From contig CBDEUS010000002.1 of the NCBI GenBank assembly GCA_965243395.1, forward strand, positions 512,001 through 576,000: 64,000 bases of DNA. The letters run 5' to 3'. The notes beneath the pieces are model-generated. The model ran no database searches. It saw only the letters and a list, made by a program, of their open reading frames with translations, and was not told where the DNA came from. The DNA comes from Gammaproteobacteria bacterium (GTDB lineage Bacteria > Pseudomonadota > Gammaproteobacteria > UBA4575). The position numbers and the translations under genes were made by a program. Shown piece by piece: positions 9,208-19,305 of the stretch. Within the stretch, counting starts at the first letter, position 1. Each line of letters opens with the position of its first letter.

Positions 9208-10167
9208 GTGAATAAATTTTCGAATATTATTTTTGTCTTAGAAGAAGAAATCGATAATACCGCAGCATTTCAACAAGCGATTTCTTTGGCAAAAAATCAT
9301 CAAGCAATGCTTACTGTGGTTGGTACTGTGTATATGTCAAGCATTGATCAGAAAAGTGGTCGTAACAACGAGCTTGTACCAATTCTAACTAAGCAGAGAC
9401 AAGGGCAACTAGAGTCTCTTGTGAATGGAATAAAAATCTCTGACATTGAGATCAATACCAAAGTTCTCATTGGGCGACCGTTTATTGAGATCATTCGTGA
9501 AGCGATCAGACAGGAAGGAGATTTGATTATAAAATGTGTTAAAAACACTAGTTCTATGGCTCGTTATTTATTCTCTGCTTCAGAAATGAAGTTGCTACGA
9601 AAATGCCCATGCCCAGTATGGTTAGTAAAATCAACACAACAAATTGGTGATCGAGAAATACTGGTTGCATTAGATTATCAACATGAAGACGCAGAGAACG
9701 ATGATCTCAATCAACGCTTATTAGAACTTTCTATTTCATTGTCATTAGCTGGTTATGGGGAGCTACATATTGTACACGCATGGAATTTACCTTATGAAAG
9801 CTATTTACGTGGTCCGCATATGTCCTACACAGATTCAGAAGTGGATGATATGGCTCATCAGGAGAAGTCGAGCCGTACAAAATGGTTATCGGATGTAGTT
9901 GAGAAATCTTGTAAGTTATACGGTGAAGAAACGATAAATTTCCTTAAACCGCAGCTACATCTCGTACATGGTAATGCAAAGCACATGGTACCGAAAATTG
10001 TAAATGAAATTGGTGTAGAACTAGTTGTGATGGGAACAGTGGGCCGCGCAGGTGTTCATGGTTTATTAATAGGCAACACAGCAGAGAATATTCTTAACCA
10101 ACTCGATTGTTCAGTATTAGCAATTAAACCAGAAAATTTTGTCAGTCCTATAATGATCGACGACTAG
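9208..10167 (+). CDS. uspE: Tandem-domain universal stress protein (UspE-like)
   Basis: LLRKCPCPVWLVK and LVVMGTVGRAGVHGLLIGNTAENIL. Confidence 0.9.
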   Translation: MNKFSNIIFVLEEEIDNTAAFQQAISLAKNHQAMLTVVGTVYMSSIDQKSGRNNELVPILTKQRQGQLESLVNGIKISDIEINTKVLIGRPFIEIIREAIRQEGDLIIKCVKNTSSMARYLFSASEMKLLRKCPCPVWLVKSTQQIGDREILVALDYQHEDAENDDLNQRLLELSISLSLAGYGELHIVHAWNLPYESYLRGPHMSYTDSEVDDMAHQEKSSRTKWLSDVVEKSCKLYGEETINFLKPQLHLVHGNAKHMVPKIVNEIGVELVVMGTVGRAGVHGLLIGNTAENILNQLDCSVLAIKPENFVSPIMIDD

Positions 10168-10232
10168 TAGTAATAAATTTGGTTAGATGAGTGTTACTTT
10201 TTCAGAAGTTTATAATCTTCAATAACATGAAT

Positions 10233-10260
10233 ATGTCCGTTATTGGCCGTAAGCAGACAT
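10233..10260 (+). repeat. 28-bp site (inverted relative to the main array)
   Basis: atgtccgttat-tggccg-taagcagacat. Confidence 0.75.
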
Positions 10261-10349
10261 TAACGACACAATTCGTGTATGGAAAACAGTGCAAGCAGTA
10301 ATTGTGATATTCCAAAGCATCACACCTATGATGCTCCAAACCGAAAGTA

Positions 10350-11246
10350 TTAGATTTCTTCTAATAACCATTCTTGAAAACATTTAATTTTCTTGCGATG
10401 AGCATAGGATTCAGGATATACAAGTGTATATCTTCCACCAAGAGGAATTTTTTGTTGATAGGGTGCAACTAAACGATTAGTCGTAAGATCCTCGTCAGAC
10501 AAACTTATTCGACCCAGTACAATTCCAGCTCCATCTATTGCAGACTGCACGGCATGGTCCGGTTCACTAAAATGTGGCCCTAAATCAAAATTAATATCTG
10601 TATAACCTGATTGTTCAAACCAATATTGCCATCCTGGTTTACCTAAAAACGTCTCAATGGAATCATCATGTATAAGGGTAAAACTTTTAAGATCTTCAAT
10701 TTTTTCAAGCTTACCTTTTTCTTTTATTAATAATGGGCTACACATAGGTGTTATATGTTCTTCAAAAAGCTCAATTTTTTTCAGGCCTGGATAGTCATCG
10801 GGACTGAATCGAATTGCCGCATCAACGGACTCCCGGTGAAAGTCTACAATTCTGAGGCTTGATGAAATATGAAGATTGATATTTGAATATGCGGAATTGA
10901 ATTTTTCTAACCTAGGACTAAGCCACTTTGCGGTAAACATTGGCGCGGCACTTATACTTAGTTCTTCTCTACCTTCATCTCCTACAATTTGTTCAATCGC
11001 TTGATCAAGCTGTAAAAAACCATCACTTAATCTTGGCAATAATCTTTTAGCGGTATCAGTGAGGAATAATTTATTAGGTTGTCGCTCAAATAATTGAGCA
11101 TCTAAATATTCTTCTAGGGTTTTAATCTGTTGGCTAATTGCACCAGGGGTGACATGCAGTTCTTCAGCAGCTTTAACAAAACTTAAATGTCTAGCCGCGG
11201 CCTCAAATGAACGTAAAGCGGTAAGTGGATAGTTGCGTCTAGTCAT
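10350..11246 (-). CDS. LysR regulator, GcvA subfamily
   Basis: PLTALRSFEAAARHLSFVKAAEELHVTPGAISQQIKTLE; likely start MTRRNYP. Confidence 0.9.
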   Translation of the reverse strand: MTRRNYPLTALRSFEAAARHLSFVKAAEELHVTPGAISQQIKTLEEYLDAQLFERQPNKLFLTDTAKRLLPRLSDGFLQLDQAIEQIVGDEGREELSISAAPMFTAKWLSPRLEKFNSAYSNINLHISSSLRIVDFHRESVDAAIRFSPDDYPGLKKIELFEEHITPMCSPLLIKEKGKLEKIEDLKSFTLIHDDSIETFLGKPGWQYWFEQSGYTDINFDLGPHFSEPDHAVQSAIDGAGIVLGRISLSDEDLTTNRLVAPYQQKIPLGGRYTLVYPESYAHRKKIKCFQEWLLEEI

Positions 11247-11361
11247 AAAAACCCGCCCTATATTTTCTAAACCAGGCTTAAGAATTACTCGTTTGCTGGG
11301 AAGCAAGACTGTAATTATCGTTTTACCTTCAATTTATCACAACTATTAAGGAGAAAGGGCT

Positions 11362-11808
11362 ATGCCTATTATTGATATTGAAATCCCGCAAGGGGCGTTA
11401 AAAGACAATGTAAAACACCAACTACCTGAAAAATTAGGCCGTATTGCCATTGAATATGAAGGGTTAAGCGGCAGTCGATTTGCACAAGAGTTTACTTGGT
11501 TATACATCCATGAGTTACCGGTAACTCATGTAGCGCAAGTATCTGGAGAGCTGCCTAAGCCAATTTATCGGGTCACCTTTACTACTTTAGAAACACTTTT
11601 AGACGATGAACGTAAACACATGCTTGGTGTTGATGTTGCCAAAGCTATTTACGAAGCAGAAGGCTCAAAGTGGAATCCCGAGGAAGCCCATAACCGGGTT
11701 TGGACATTTTTTAATGATGTCAGACAAGGTGACTGGATTGCTGGCTCACTCATCAACAACATTCCAGATCTTCAAAAAAGAGTGGAAAAAGAGCGAGCGG
11801 CTGCCTAG
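11362..11808 (+). CDS. Tautomerase superfamily protein
   Basis: N-terminal MPIIDI (catalytic Pro1), doubled beta-alpha-beta length, W.AG tail. Confidence 0.75.
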   Translation: MPIIDIEIPQGALKDNVKHQLPEKLGRIAIEYEGLSGSRFAQEFTWLYIHELPVTHVAQVSGELPKPIYRVTFTTLETLLDDERKHMLGVDVAKAIYEAEGSKWNPEEAHNRVWTFFNDVRQGDWIAGSLINNIPDLQKRVEKERAAA

Positions 11809-11893
11809 GTATTTGAAATTTATTAGTAATGAATAAGTGCATCCCATTATTTATGGGATGCACTTTAAAAGAAGATTAATGCAGGAGATTACA

Positions 11894-12502
11894 ATGCAAA
11901 ATTTAAACAAAGGTGTTTTTTCTAAAAACCCTAACTATAACGAATCAACAATGCGCAAAGAGTTCGCCCAGCTAATGCCTTTGCGAACGATCGTTATCTA
12001 TTGTTACGACCCACGTGCAACCGGTATTCCATCTGCGGTGGCACAAGAGTTTGGAGATGTATATCCCGGGGAAACAGTGTTTGATGAGGAAGGTAATGGG
12101 ATTGCTACTACATGCTCATTATTAAATGTAATTGTGGCGGGCGGGCGGGCGATTGATGCGCTTCGCTCCATAACTGTTGGGCAACACTTGTTAGGAGTGG
12201 AGAACATTGTTGTCGTTCATCATACCGATTGTGGTGCTACGTCATATACAGCGGATGGAATCGTCGAAGCTTTTAAACATGAGCATAATGTTGATATATC
12301 GAACTTATATGACCAAGCTAGTGTTTGCATTACTGATTTTGAATCTTCGCTCAATCATGACGTTCAATTAATTCGTAACTCAGTTGGCACACCGCCACAT
12401 GTAAATATCTATGGCTATGTCTATGACATAGACACATATGAATTAACCAAAATCACTGAAGATTTATCTTCCAATACATTTCAAGCATCAGCGGTTCAAT
12501 AG
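11894..12502 (+). CDS. Beta-carbonic anhydrase family protein (clade D-like)
   Basis: CYDPR and HHTDCG zinc ligands, AGGR motif; start placed after AGGAG RBS. Confidence 0.85.
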   Translation: MQNLNKGVFSKNPNYNESTMRKEFAQLMPLRTIVIYCYDPRATGIPSAVAQEFGDVYPGETVFDEEGNGIATTCSLLNVIVAGGRAIDALRSITVGQHLLGVENIVVVHHTDCGATSYTADGIVEAFKHEHNVDISNLYDQASVCITDFESSLNHDVQLIRNSVGTPPHVNIYGYVYDIDTYELTKITEDLSSNTFQASAVQ

Positions 12503-12514
12503 AAGGTAAATATT

Positions 12515-13060
12515 ATGAGTAATTTCAGTTATTCAAAAAAATTCCTAGGGGTAGGGGATGTTTTCTTACGCTCCCCTGATTATTACAAACCTTTACTCGA
12601 CTTTTTGGAAAACGTAATGGTCAGTGAATCGGAACTAACAAAAGCAGAACGGGAAATCATCGCATCGCATGTATCTAATATTAATGGATGCACATTTTGC
12701 TTGAATGCGCATCGAGCCACGCTAGAAGCAATGAATGTGAGTAATGAAACAATATCCACACTTGAGAATGGGATAGAAATAAAGGGTATCCGTGATGAGT
12801 TGCGACAATTAATCGTATTTGCAGATAAATTAACACGAACACCTGAAAGCATATCAATTACTGACATTGATGCTCTTAAAGAAGTAGGTATTTCAGAACA
12901 GACTATTGAAGATACGATAAATGTTGTGTCGATCTTTAATTATGTAAATCGATTGACAGATTCATTTGGCGTGAAGGGTAACCCTCTATATTTCAAGCAA
13001 GTGGGCACGTCACTTGTAAAATATGGTTATGCGCATTTGCTGAATAAAAAGGCGGCCTAA
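12515..13060 (+). CDS. AhpD / carboxymuconolactone decarboxylase-like peroxidase-related enzyme
   Basis: EREIIASHVSNINGCTFCLNAH. Confidence 0.85.
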   Translation: MSNFSYSKKFLGVGDVFLRSPDYYKPLLDFLENVMVSESELTKAEREIIASHVSNINGCTFCLNAHRATLEAMNVSNETISTLENGIEIKGIRDELRQLIVFADKLTRTPESISITDIDALKEVGISEQTIEDTINVVSIFNYVNRLTDSFGVKGNPLYFKQVGTSLVKYGYAHLLNKKAA

Positions 13061-13078
13061 TTCTTAGGAGACCAGCAA

Positions 13079-13225
13079 ATGAATAAGTTTTATAAAGGAA
13101 TTGCTTCACTAGTAATTTTAGTGATTATCATTCTACAAATCGTCTATGTTATGCAAGATGAACATATAAGTAATGATAATCAAAAAAATTATGCGTTAGA
13201 AAGATTTCCAGACATTCATCCTTGA
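13079..13225 (+). CDS. Small membrane protein (48 aa, not in track)
   Basis: AGGAG RBS; MNKFYKGIASLVILVIIILQIVYV. Confidence 0.4.
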   Translation: MNKFYKGIASLVILVIIILQIVYVMQDEHISNDNQKNYALERFPDIHP

Positions 13226-13244
13226 TTAGTGAGAGTTCTTTAAA

Positions 13245-13637
13245 ATGAACGACAAACTCGCATGGAACATTAAGGGAGAAACGTTTGAGGATGGAAGTAA
13301 TCTATCGGATTGGGAAAAGTTTTACCAAAGCCCGGAATGGCATTGGCAATATGATACTCATGAGATGACATTTGGAATTTATAAACATTCAGGGCAATTT
13401 TGGAAGCTTTATCTTGGGCGATATGTTCTCCCAGGTGAAACTGATTATACATACGATTACGGTGGTGTTGCTTGTCGCATGATGCTGGTTAAATATCGTA
13501 GTAAAGCTCGTTCACCACATTCTTCTATGCTCAAAGAAAAGGGCGAGGAAGAATGGATACGCACTAACGAATACGATCCTATCATTCACTCAATCTTAAA
13601 AGAGGGAGAAACCTCAGTTGAATATGATGAAAAATAA
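13245..13637 (+). CDS. Hypothetical protein
   Basis: 130-aa aromatic-rich ORF. Confidence 0.65.
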   Translation: MNDKLAWNIKGETFEDGSNLSDWEKFYQSPEWHWQYDTHEMTFGIYKHSGQFWKLYLGRYVLPGETDYTYDYGGVACRMMLVKYRSKARSPHSSMLKEKGEEEWIRTNEYDPIIHSILKEGETSVEYDEK

Positions 13638-13860
13638 TGTAGAACAGAAAGAGCCTGAAGAAATTACATTATGGCAAGCTGTGAAGAGTGTGTTGGCTTC
13701 ATTTATTGGAATTCAAAATAAAAAGAATATGGAGCGCGATGCTCAATCAGATAAAAACATTCCCATATTCCTCGCAGTAGGTTTTATACTCGCAATCCTG
13801 CTCCATGTAATAATTTACATAGCCGTAAAAATAATTCTTTGGCAATCAGGGATTTCCTAA
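13618..13860 (+). CDS. DUF2970-like membrane protein
   Basis: WQAVKSVLASFIGIQNKKNMERD motif. Confidence 0.75.
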   Translation: MNMMKNNVEQKEPEEITLWQAVKSVLASFIGIQNKKNMERDAQSDKNIPIFLAVGFILAILLHVIIYIAVKIILWQSGIS

Positions 13861-13890
13861 AATATTGAACATCGAATATATTTAATAAAC

Positions 13891-13991
13891 TTGTCCGCTA
13901 TTGGCCGGAAGCAGACAAATTATAGGATGAGTCAGGTTGGAATCAATGAACTACAAACTTAAAATGTTCGTTTTAAGTCAATTGCGGACAT
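13891..13991 (+). repeat. Doublet of 28-bp sites with 45-bp spacer
   Basis: ttgtccgctat-tggccg-gaagcagacaa and degenerate atgttcgtttt-aagtca-attgcggacat. Confidence 0.7.
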
Positions 13992-14080
13992 TGTTAAACT
14001 ACGCTCTGCAGACATGTATTCATCATATTAAGCATCTACTTTGTGTGACGAGGACTACCAATCCTCTTAGCTTTATTCAA

Positions 14081-14108
14081 TTGTCTGCTTTCTGCCAATT
14101 GTGAACAT
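14081..14108 (-). repeat. Degenerate 28-bp site, main-array orientation
   Basis: ttgtctgcttt-ctgcca-attgtgaacat, 19 bp from the stop of 14128-14847. Confidence 0.6.
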
Positions 14109-14127
14109 TTAGTCCTCTAAAATTTTT

Positions 14128-14847
14128 TCAAAAATGAAATCTTGTGCTAATAATATAATTTGTATCATCAGGGCCATTAAGATCTTGCGTAACCCCTCCT
14201 TCTAGAACCCAACGTGGTGTTACGACCCATTGAAATCCACCCGTAATTTGTTGTACAACCGTATTACCTTCTACTCCCCGTCCTGCAAACTCCAGAACAG
14301 TGTTAACTTGTGAAGATAATCCCCACTCTGGATATTCTTTAGGGAAAATTCGATATTGCCATGACACGTCATAGCGCAATGTATTGGATGCATCATCGAT
14401 GCCTTGTTGCCAAAGTGCATCAATATCAACTTCATGTCGATCATGAACATGAGTGACGACAAACCCAGCTGAAGCTTTCGGATCTCGATCACTCTCCGTT
14501 GGTACTACTGCACCTAAAAGCAAACCAAATCGTGTCGGATTTCTTGAATCAAGATCTTGCCAAAGAATATTGCGATATAATAAATCTATATCTCCCAACC
14601 GATCTCCTTTCCCAGAAGAAATTCGATAGGGTACAGCTATGAAGAATGATTGTTTACCATCAATTCCGTAAGCAAGATTTGAGGCAAGTCGATCGTTATT
14701 GGTTTCTGGGAATTCGTCTACAACGAATCGCGTAACGGCTCCACCTTTATTGATTGGTAATGCAACAAAGGAACGAAGGCCCATTGCATAGCAGTTGACA
14801 CTTGTTAAATACAGACTACAAAGAATTAACAGGCCACAGTTTCGCAC
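14128..14847 (-). CDS. Putative outer-membrane beta-barrel protein
   Basis: Signal peptide, amphipathic strands, C-terminal RFHF. Confidence 0.65.
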   Translation of the reverse strand: MRNCGLLILCSLYLTSVNCYAMGLRSFVALPINKGGAVTRFVVDEFPETNNDRLASNLAYGIDGKQSFFIAVPYRISSGKGDRLGDIDLLYRNILWQDLDSRNPTRFGLLLGAVVPTESDRDPKASAGFVVTHVHDRHEVDIDALWQQGIDDASNTLRYDVSWQYRIFPKEYPEWGLSSQVNTVLEFAGRGVEGNTVVQQITGGFQWVVTPRWVLEGGVTQDLNGPDDTNYIISTRFHF

Positions 14848-15203
14848 GGATGTTCAGCTCGACCATAATGTTGAGAGACTCCAGAAGCAAAACCCGCATC
14901 TTTAATAATCTCTTTGAGTTCCTCAATCGTTACAGTAGCTCCTGGTATTAAATAAATACGTGTTTTATTTTGCTTTAAGCTTATATCTGCTTTTTCAACC
15001 TCTTTGTGTTTTTCTAGATTCTTTTTTAATCCATACACGCAAAAGCTACAGGTCAGCCCGTTAAGTTCAAATTCTACTATTTGTTCATGTGTGGCGATTG
15101 CAGAAAACGGCCCTAATAGCAAAGAAAGGCATAATATCAAGACATATGCGAATGGGTGATTCGATGATATATGCTGCAATGAAGCCGTTGCTTTTGGAGA
15201 CAT
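14826..15203 (-). CDS. Exported heavy-metal-associated (HMA) domain protein
   Basis: GLTCSFC motif ... IKDAGF. Confidence 0.8.
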   Translation of the reverse strand: MSPKATASLQHISSNHPFAYVLILCLSLLLGPFSAIATHEQIVEFELNGLTCSFCVYGLKKNLEKHKEVEKADISLKQNKTRIYLIPGATVTIEELKEIIKDAGFASGVSQHYGRAEHPCETVAC

Positions 15204-15274
15204 ATAGCTTTCCTTTATAAAGAATTATTTAAATATTAATTGTCTACCACGTTCAATAGCAAACTTTTACATAC

Positions 15275-15562
15275 TTAACCTTTGCTTGAAACTTTGCCAA
15301 TGGCGCAACTAACCACAGATGTCGCTTTAGTCTTGAGATTATTGGAACCCAGAGATCCAACTTCTGGATAACCTAAGTTTTTGAGTTTTTCGCTAAGAGT
15401 GTGTTCAAGACTGGCATTTGTAGTCTGAGTTGTCACAACAACCTGTTTATCTTCAACATTGACATCAACTGCTTCAACTCCATGTATTTCACTCAACTTT
15501 TTTGTGATGGTATTGGCGCACCCACCACATCTGATGTTTTCAACTTCAAATTTATATTCCAT
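15275..15562 (-). CDS. HMA metal chaperone (CopZ-like)
   Basis: VENIRCGGCANTI ... LGYP. Confidence 0.85.
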   Translation of the reverse strand: MEYKFEVENIRCGGCANTITKKLSEIHGVEAVDVNVEDKQVVVTTQTTNASLEHTLSEKLKNLGYPEVGSLGSNNLKTKATSVVSCAIGKVSSKG

Positions 15563-15595
15563 TTTCTATTCCTTTGATTATTCACTTATTTAACT

Positions 15596-16918
15596 CTAAG
15601 TAATTTTAGGACGCACTGGGTTACCAAAGTCAGGATCACTGCTTATTCGAGAAGCAACTGTTCCTGGTGGAGAGGCATACCAACCTGGATCACCGTAGTC
15701 ACCTTTTGCAAGGCTGTCGCGCACCTTAACCGTTGTAAACATTCCACCCATTTCTATGTTTCCATACGGTCCTTTCCCCGTCATCATCGCAAGTGTATTT
15801 CTAGGGCCAGGGTGGTGTCCCATGTCTGTATGCACTTGATGTTCTGCCATTCCATGTTCACCCATTGCCATAAAGCCCGGTAACATTTTCTGAATTTCTT
15901 GTTCGATACCCGATTGATCGACACCAAGTGTATTGGGGATTTCATGTCCCATTGCATTCATGGTGTGATGTGCCATATGACAATGGAATGCCCAGTCACC
16001 GGGTTCTGCTATAAACTCAATATCACGAATTTGACCCACAGCCACAATTTCAGTGGTTTCATTACGCCAACGAGATTGTGGCCAGCGGCCACCATCTGAT
16101 CCAGTTACCCAATACTGAACACCATGCATATGTAATGGATGATTCCACATTGAAAGATTTGCCATACGAATACGTACTCGTTCTCCGGTTCGTGCAACGA
16201 CTGGATCAATGTAAGGAAAAACTTTGCTATTCATGGTCCATAAATCGAAATCTTGCAAGATAGATGGATCAGGACGATAGGTTCCGGGGTGAACACTCCA
16301 ATTGTGAAGTAAAAAACAATAGTCTCTATCTACTGGAACCGCTTCTCCATTTTTTGGGTGAATGATGAACATTCCCATCATACCAACTGCCATCTGTGTC
16401 ATCTCATCTGCATGAGGGTGATACATGTGACTACCGTGTTGCTTTAACGTAAATTCATAAGCAAATGTTTCGTTGGGTTTTATTTGCGGTTGATTTAATC
16501 CGCCTACACCATCCATACCGCTTGGTAATAAAAGACCATGCCAATGAATAGTCGTATGTTCTTTCAAACAATTGGTAACTAAAATTCGAACACGGTCCCC
16601 TTCAACTGCTTCAATTGTTGGTCCAGGGGTTGTACCGTTATAGCCCCAGCATTTTGCAGTAGTGCCAGGTGCAAATTCATGTTCAATTTCTTCTGCGACT
16701 AAATGAAATTCCTTAACACCATTTTTCATTTTGTATGGTAGTGTCCATCCATTTAGTGTTCGACATGGTAAATAGGATTGTTTGTTTCCAGAGGATTTTA
16801 CAGGTGTTGCAACGTTTTCTAATGCTTGCTCAACTGACATTGCAGTTTTGGTTGCTGTTAAACCTGCTGCGAGTGCACCCACTCCGGTATACGATAAAAA
16901 TTCTCTTCTTGAAGTCAT
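15596..16918 (-). CDS. Tat-exported multicopper oxidase
   Basis: SRREFL Tat signal; HWHG, YHPH, HPLHMHG, HCHMAHH copper motifs. Confidence 0.92.
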   Translation of the reverse strand: MTSRREFLSYTGVGALAAGLTATKTAMSVEQALENVATPVKSSGNKQSYLPCRTLNGWTLPYKMKNGVKEFHLVAEEIEHEFAPGTTAKCWGYNGTTPGPTIEAVEGDRVRILVTNCLKEHTTIHWHGLLLPSGMDGVGGLNQPQIKPNETFAYEFTLKQHGSHMYHPHADEMTQMAVGMMGMFIIHPKNGEAVPVDRDYCFLLHNWSVHPGTYRPDPSILQDFDLWTMNSKVFPYIDPVVARTGERVRIRMANLSMWNHPLHMHGVQYWVTGSDGGRWPQSRWRNETTEIVAVGQIRDIEFIAEPGDWAFHCHMAHHTMNAMGHEIPNTLGVDQSGIEQEIQKMLPGFMAMGEHGMAEHQVHTDMGHHPGPRNTLAMMTGKGPYGNIEMGGMFTTVKVRDSLAKGDYGDPGWYASPPGTVASRISSDPDFGNPVRPKIT

Positions 16919-16944
16919 TTTGTTACTCCTATGTTTTAATTCTA

Positions 16945-18579
16945 TTAATGATGTTGATGTTCATCATGTTCACTATCGGTAGATGAAGAATTCGATTCGT
17001 TATTCATTTGGTGGTCTGAATGATCCATCTCATGTTCTGAATGATTCATGTTGTGTTCAGAGTGATCCATTTCATGTTTGGAATGATCCATTTGGTGATC
17101 CGAGTGATCCATATCGTGTTCAGTATGGTCCATTTGATGCCCTGAATGATTCATATGATGACCTGAGTGATCCATGCCACTTGATTTTGGAACAAGGTAG
17201 TCTTCTATATTGATGTGAGCATCACCAACCAAGCTTGTACTTGGTAATGTATTTCCAACTGCACGACTTAATTCAACGCGTCCATGCCAGTAGTCTTTTA
17301 CAGCACTTAAATAACCAAGATACGCTTCGTACTCTTCTCGTTTCACCTCGAGTAATTCAAACGTACCGATTAACATAAAGTTTTCTTCTTCTTGAGCACG
17401 TGCTACGTCGTCAATACGTGCAGGTAACAATCCTTTTTCATACTCGTTAATTCGCTCTTTTGCATTTAACACGGCCGCATGCGCTAAACGCACATCATTT
17501 TCAACTTCAACATCAAGGCGTTTTACTTCTGCTATTGCAATTTGTAATTCTGCATTAGCACGTAATTTGGCGTCTCGATTTTGGGAAAAAAGTGGAACTT
17601 CCCATTCGAATACTGGACCCGTTAATTCTGCGCCATCTGTTTCTTGTTCATGCTCAATACCAATTTCAAGTTCACCTAACCAGCGCGTCCAATTAGTAAC
17701 GCCAAGTTTGTTTGCAAGTAACTCAGCATTTTTATGTGCCGCGCTGTAATCCAGTCGTGAATTACGAGCTAATTCAATTAATGTATCTAGATCATCTTCT
17801 TCAGTTACAGGCACTGGTAATTGAGTAAACACATCTAATTCTTGTCCTAGTGAAAACCCTAATAGATTTACTAATTCAGAACGTTTTTCAAATGCCTCTG
17901 CACTTGCATCCAATGACTCCAGTTTTGTTTCAGATGCTATGATTTGTTCCTCTAGAAATTCACGTGGAGATAAATTACCTGCTTTGTCATATCGTTTAGC
18001 AAGTTCGAAAGACAAGTAGCCAGCTTTAGCTATTTGTGATTGCACTGAAGCCATCTGCTCTGCTGCTACATAATCGTAGTAAGCATTTTCTGTTTCAGTA
18101 ACAATTTCCAATACATCTGCTGCAACTAATTCTTTGACTCTTTCAAATTCACCTTCTGCATAGCGTTTTCTCGAAGGCAGAGTAATTAAGCTTGTAAATG
18201 AAGTGATTAATCCAAATGTTTCGAGATTACTTTCACCTGACTCATCTGAATCTAAATTTGAGTAATGAAATATTGGATTATGAATACGACCAGCTTCATA
18301 CACATCGGCCGCTGCAATTCCTAATTCTGCATACGTAGTTTTAAGTGTTGGATTATTGGCTAAAGCAATACGAACTGCTGTATCAGCAGTTAGTGCTTGT
18401 GCGCTTAATGAATCGATGTACTCTTTACTATCAACTTGAGATTCCTCAGGTGTTTGTACACCACGATCATTAAGTAAGACATCTACATCACTTTTTCCCA
18501 AATCTTCAGGAATCGATGTACATCCTGCGAGCAACCCAAATAAAAAGGCTACGATAATGGGGTTTGTATAAGTTTTCAT
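16945..18579 (-). CDS. TolC-family outer-membrane lipoprotein with His/Met-rich tail
   Basis: LLAGC lipobox, OEP-type repeats, MDHSxH heptads. Confidence 0.88.
   Translation of the reverse strand: MKTYTNPIIVAFLFGLLAGCTSIPEDLGKSDVDVLLNDRGVQTPEESQVDSKEYIDSLSAQALTADTAVRIALANNPTLKTTYAELGIAAADVYEAGRIHNPIFHYSNLDSDESGESNLETFGLITSFTSLITLPSRKRYAEGEFERVKELVAADVLEIVTETENAYYDYVAAEQMASVQSQIAKAGYLSFELAKRYDKAGNLSPREFLEEQIIASETKLESLDASAEAFEKRSELVNLLGFSLGQELDVFTQLPVPVTEEDDLDTLIELARNSRLDYSAAHKNAELLANKLGVTNWTRWLGELEIGIEHEQETDGAELTGPVFEWEVPLFSQNRDAKLRANAELQIAIAEVKRLDVEVENDVRLAHAAVLNAKERINEYEKGLLPARIDDVARAQEEENFMLIGTFELLEVKREEYEAYLGYLSAVKDYWHGRVELSRAVGNTLPSTSLVGDAHINIEDYLVPKSSGMDHSGHHMNHSGHQMDHTEHDMDHSDHQMDHSKHEMDHSEHNMNHSEHEMDHSDHQMNNESNSSSTDSEHDEHQHH
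17008..17175 (-). repeat. 8 x 21-bp coding tandem repeat (M[DN]H[ST]xHx)
   Basis: Counted directly from the translation. Confidence 0.85.
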
Positions 18580-18684
18580 AATATCTTCCTAAATACATAT
18601 TCAAAAATACGTTACGTTTTATTTGCGCAACAAATTTAAATAGATAACCGTTTAACCAAACGGTCCAATTCCGCACTTGCGGAT

Positions 18685-19068
18685 TTAGGAAGAAAGAATC
18701 GGGGGTCGGAAAAGTAGATTCGGGTCAGATGGCTCAGCCCGTACTTGAATTTCTTGATATGTTGATTTGGATGAAAGTCTAAGATCAAATTTAATTGAAG
18801 TAGTTATTAAAGATGCACTACAACCAGAGACTGAACAATCCAAACTACCGCTACATCCACAATCACAATTGGAATGATCATTGTTTTCATCTTCTTGTGG
18901 AGGGGTATAGTCATGCATGTGTTCATGCATACCATCATCATTCATATACATAGCGTGTGAAGTATCGTCAGAAGACTGGCAATGTGAAGCCATAGTCACG
19001 CTTGCCCACATAGATATAGGCAGTGCCAATAACATTACAAATATAACGATTTTACGCCAACGCTTCAT
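18685..19068 (-). CDS. CopL-like Cys/His-rich metal-binding protein
   Basis: Signal peptide, CDCGC..C..SGC, LLFRPPI tail; upstream of TolC/MCO. Confidence 0.7.
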   Translation of the reverse strand: MKRWRKIVIFVMLLALPISMWASVTMASHCQSSDDTSHAMYMNDDGMHEHMHDYTPPQEDENNDHSNCDCGCSGSLDCSVSGCSASLITTSIKFDLRLSSKSTYQEIQVRAEPSDPNLLFRPPILSS

Positions 19069-19305
19069 ATAGATTTTAAGTTAACCCTATTCAATGTCAT
19101 TTGCAATTATTTTAAGACTTTCTGTACATTAAAAATCATCTAAAAAAATCTGAGTAATATTTAAATCTTCAAATTCAGATACTTAAAAATATAGCTATTC
19201 ACTTATCTGAATCTTTGCTCTACCTAAATGTATTCAAAATCTCCTGACTTAAACATTACAGCGGTAAACAACTAAATATTTACCGCTGTGTAATTGACAA
19301 TTTAG

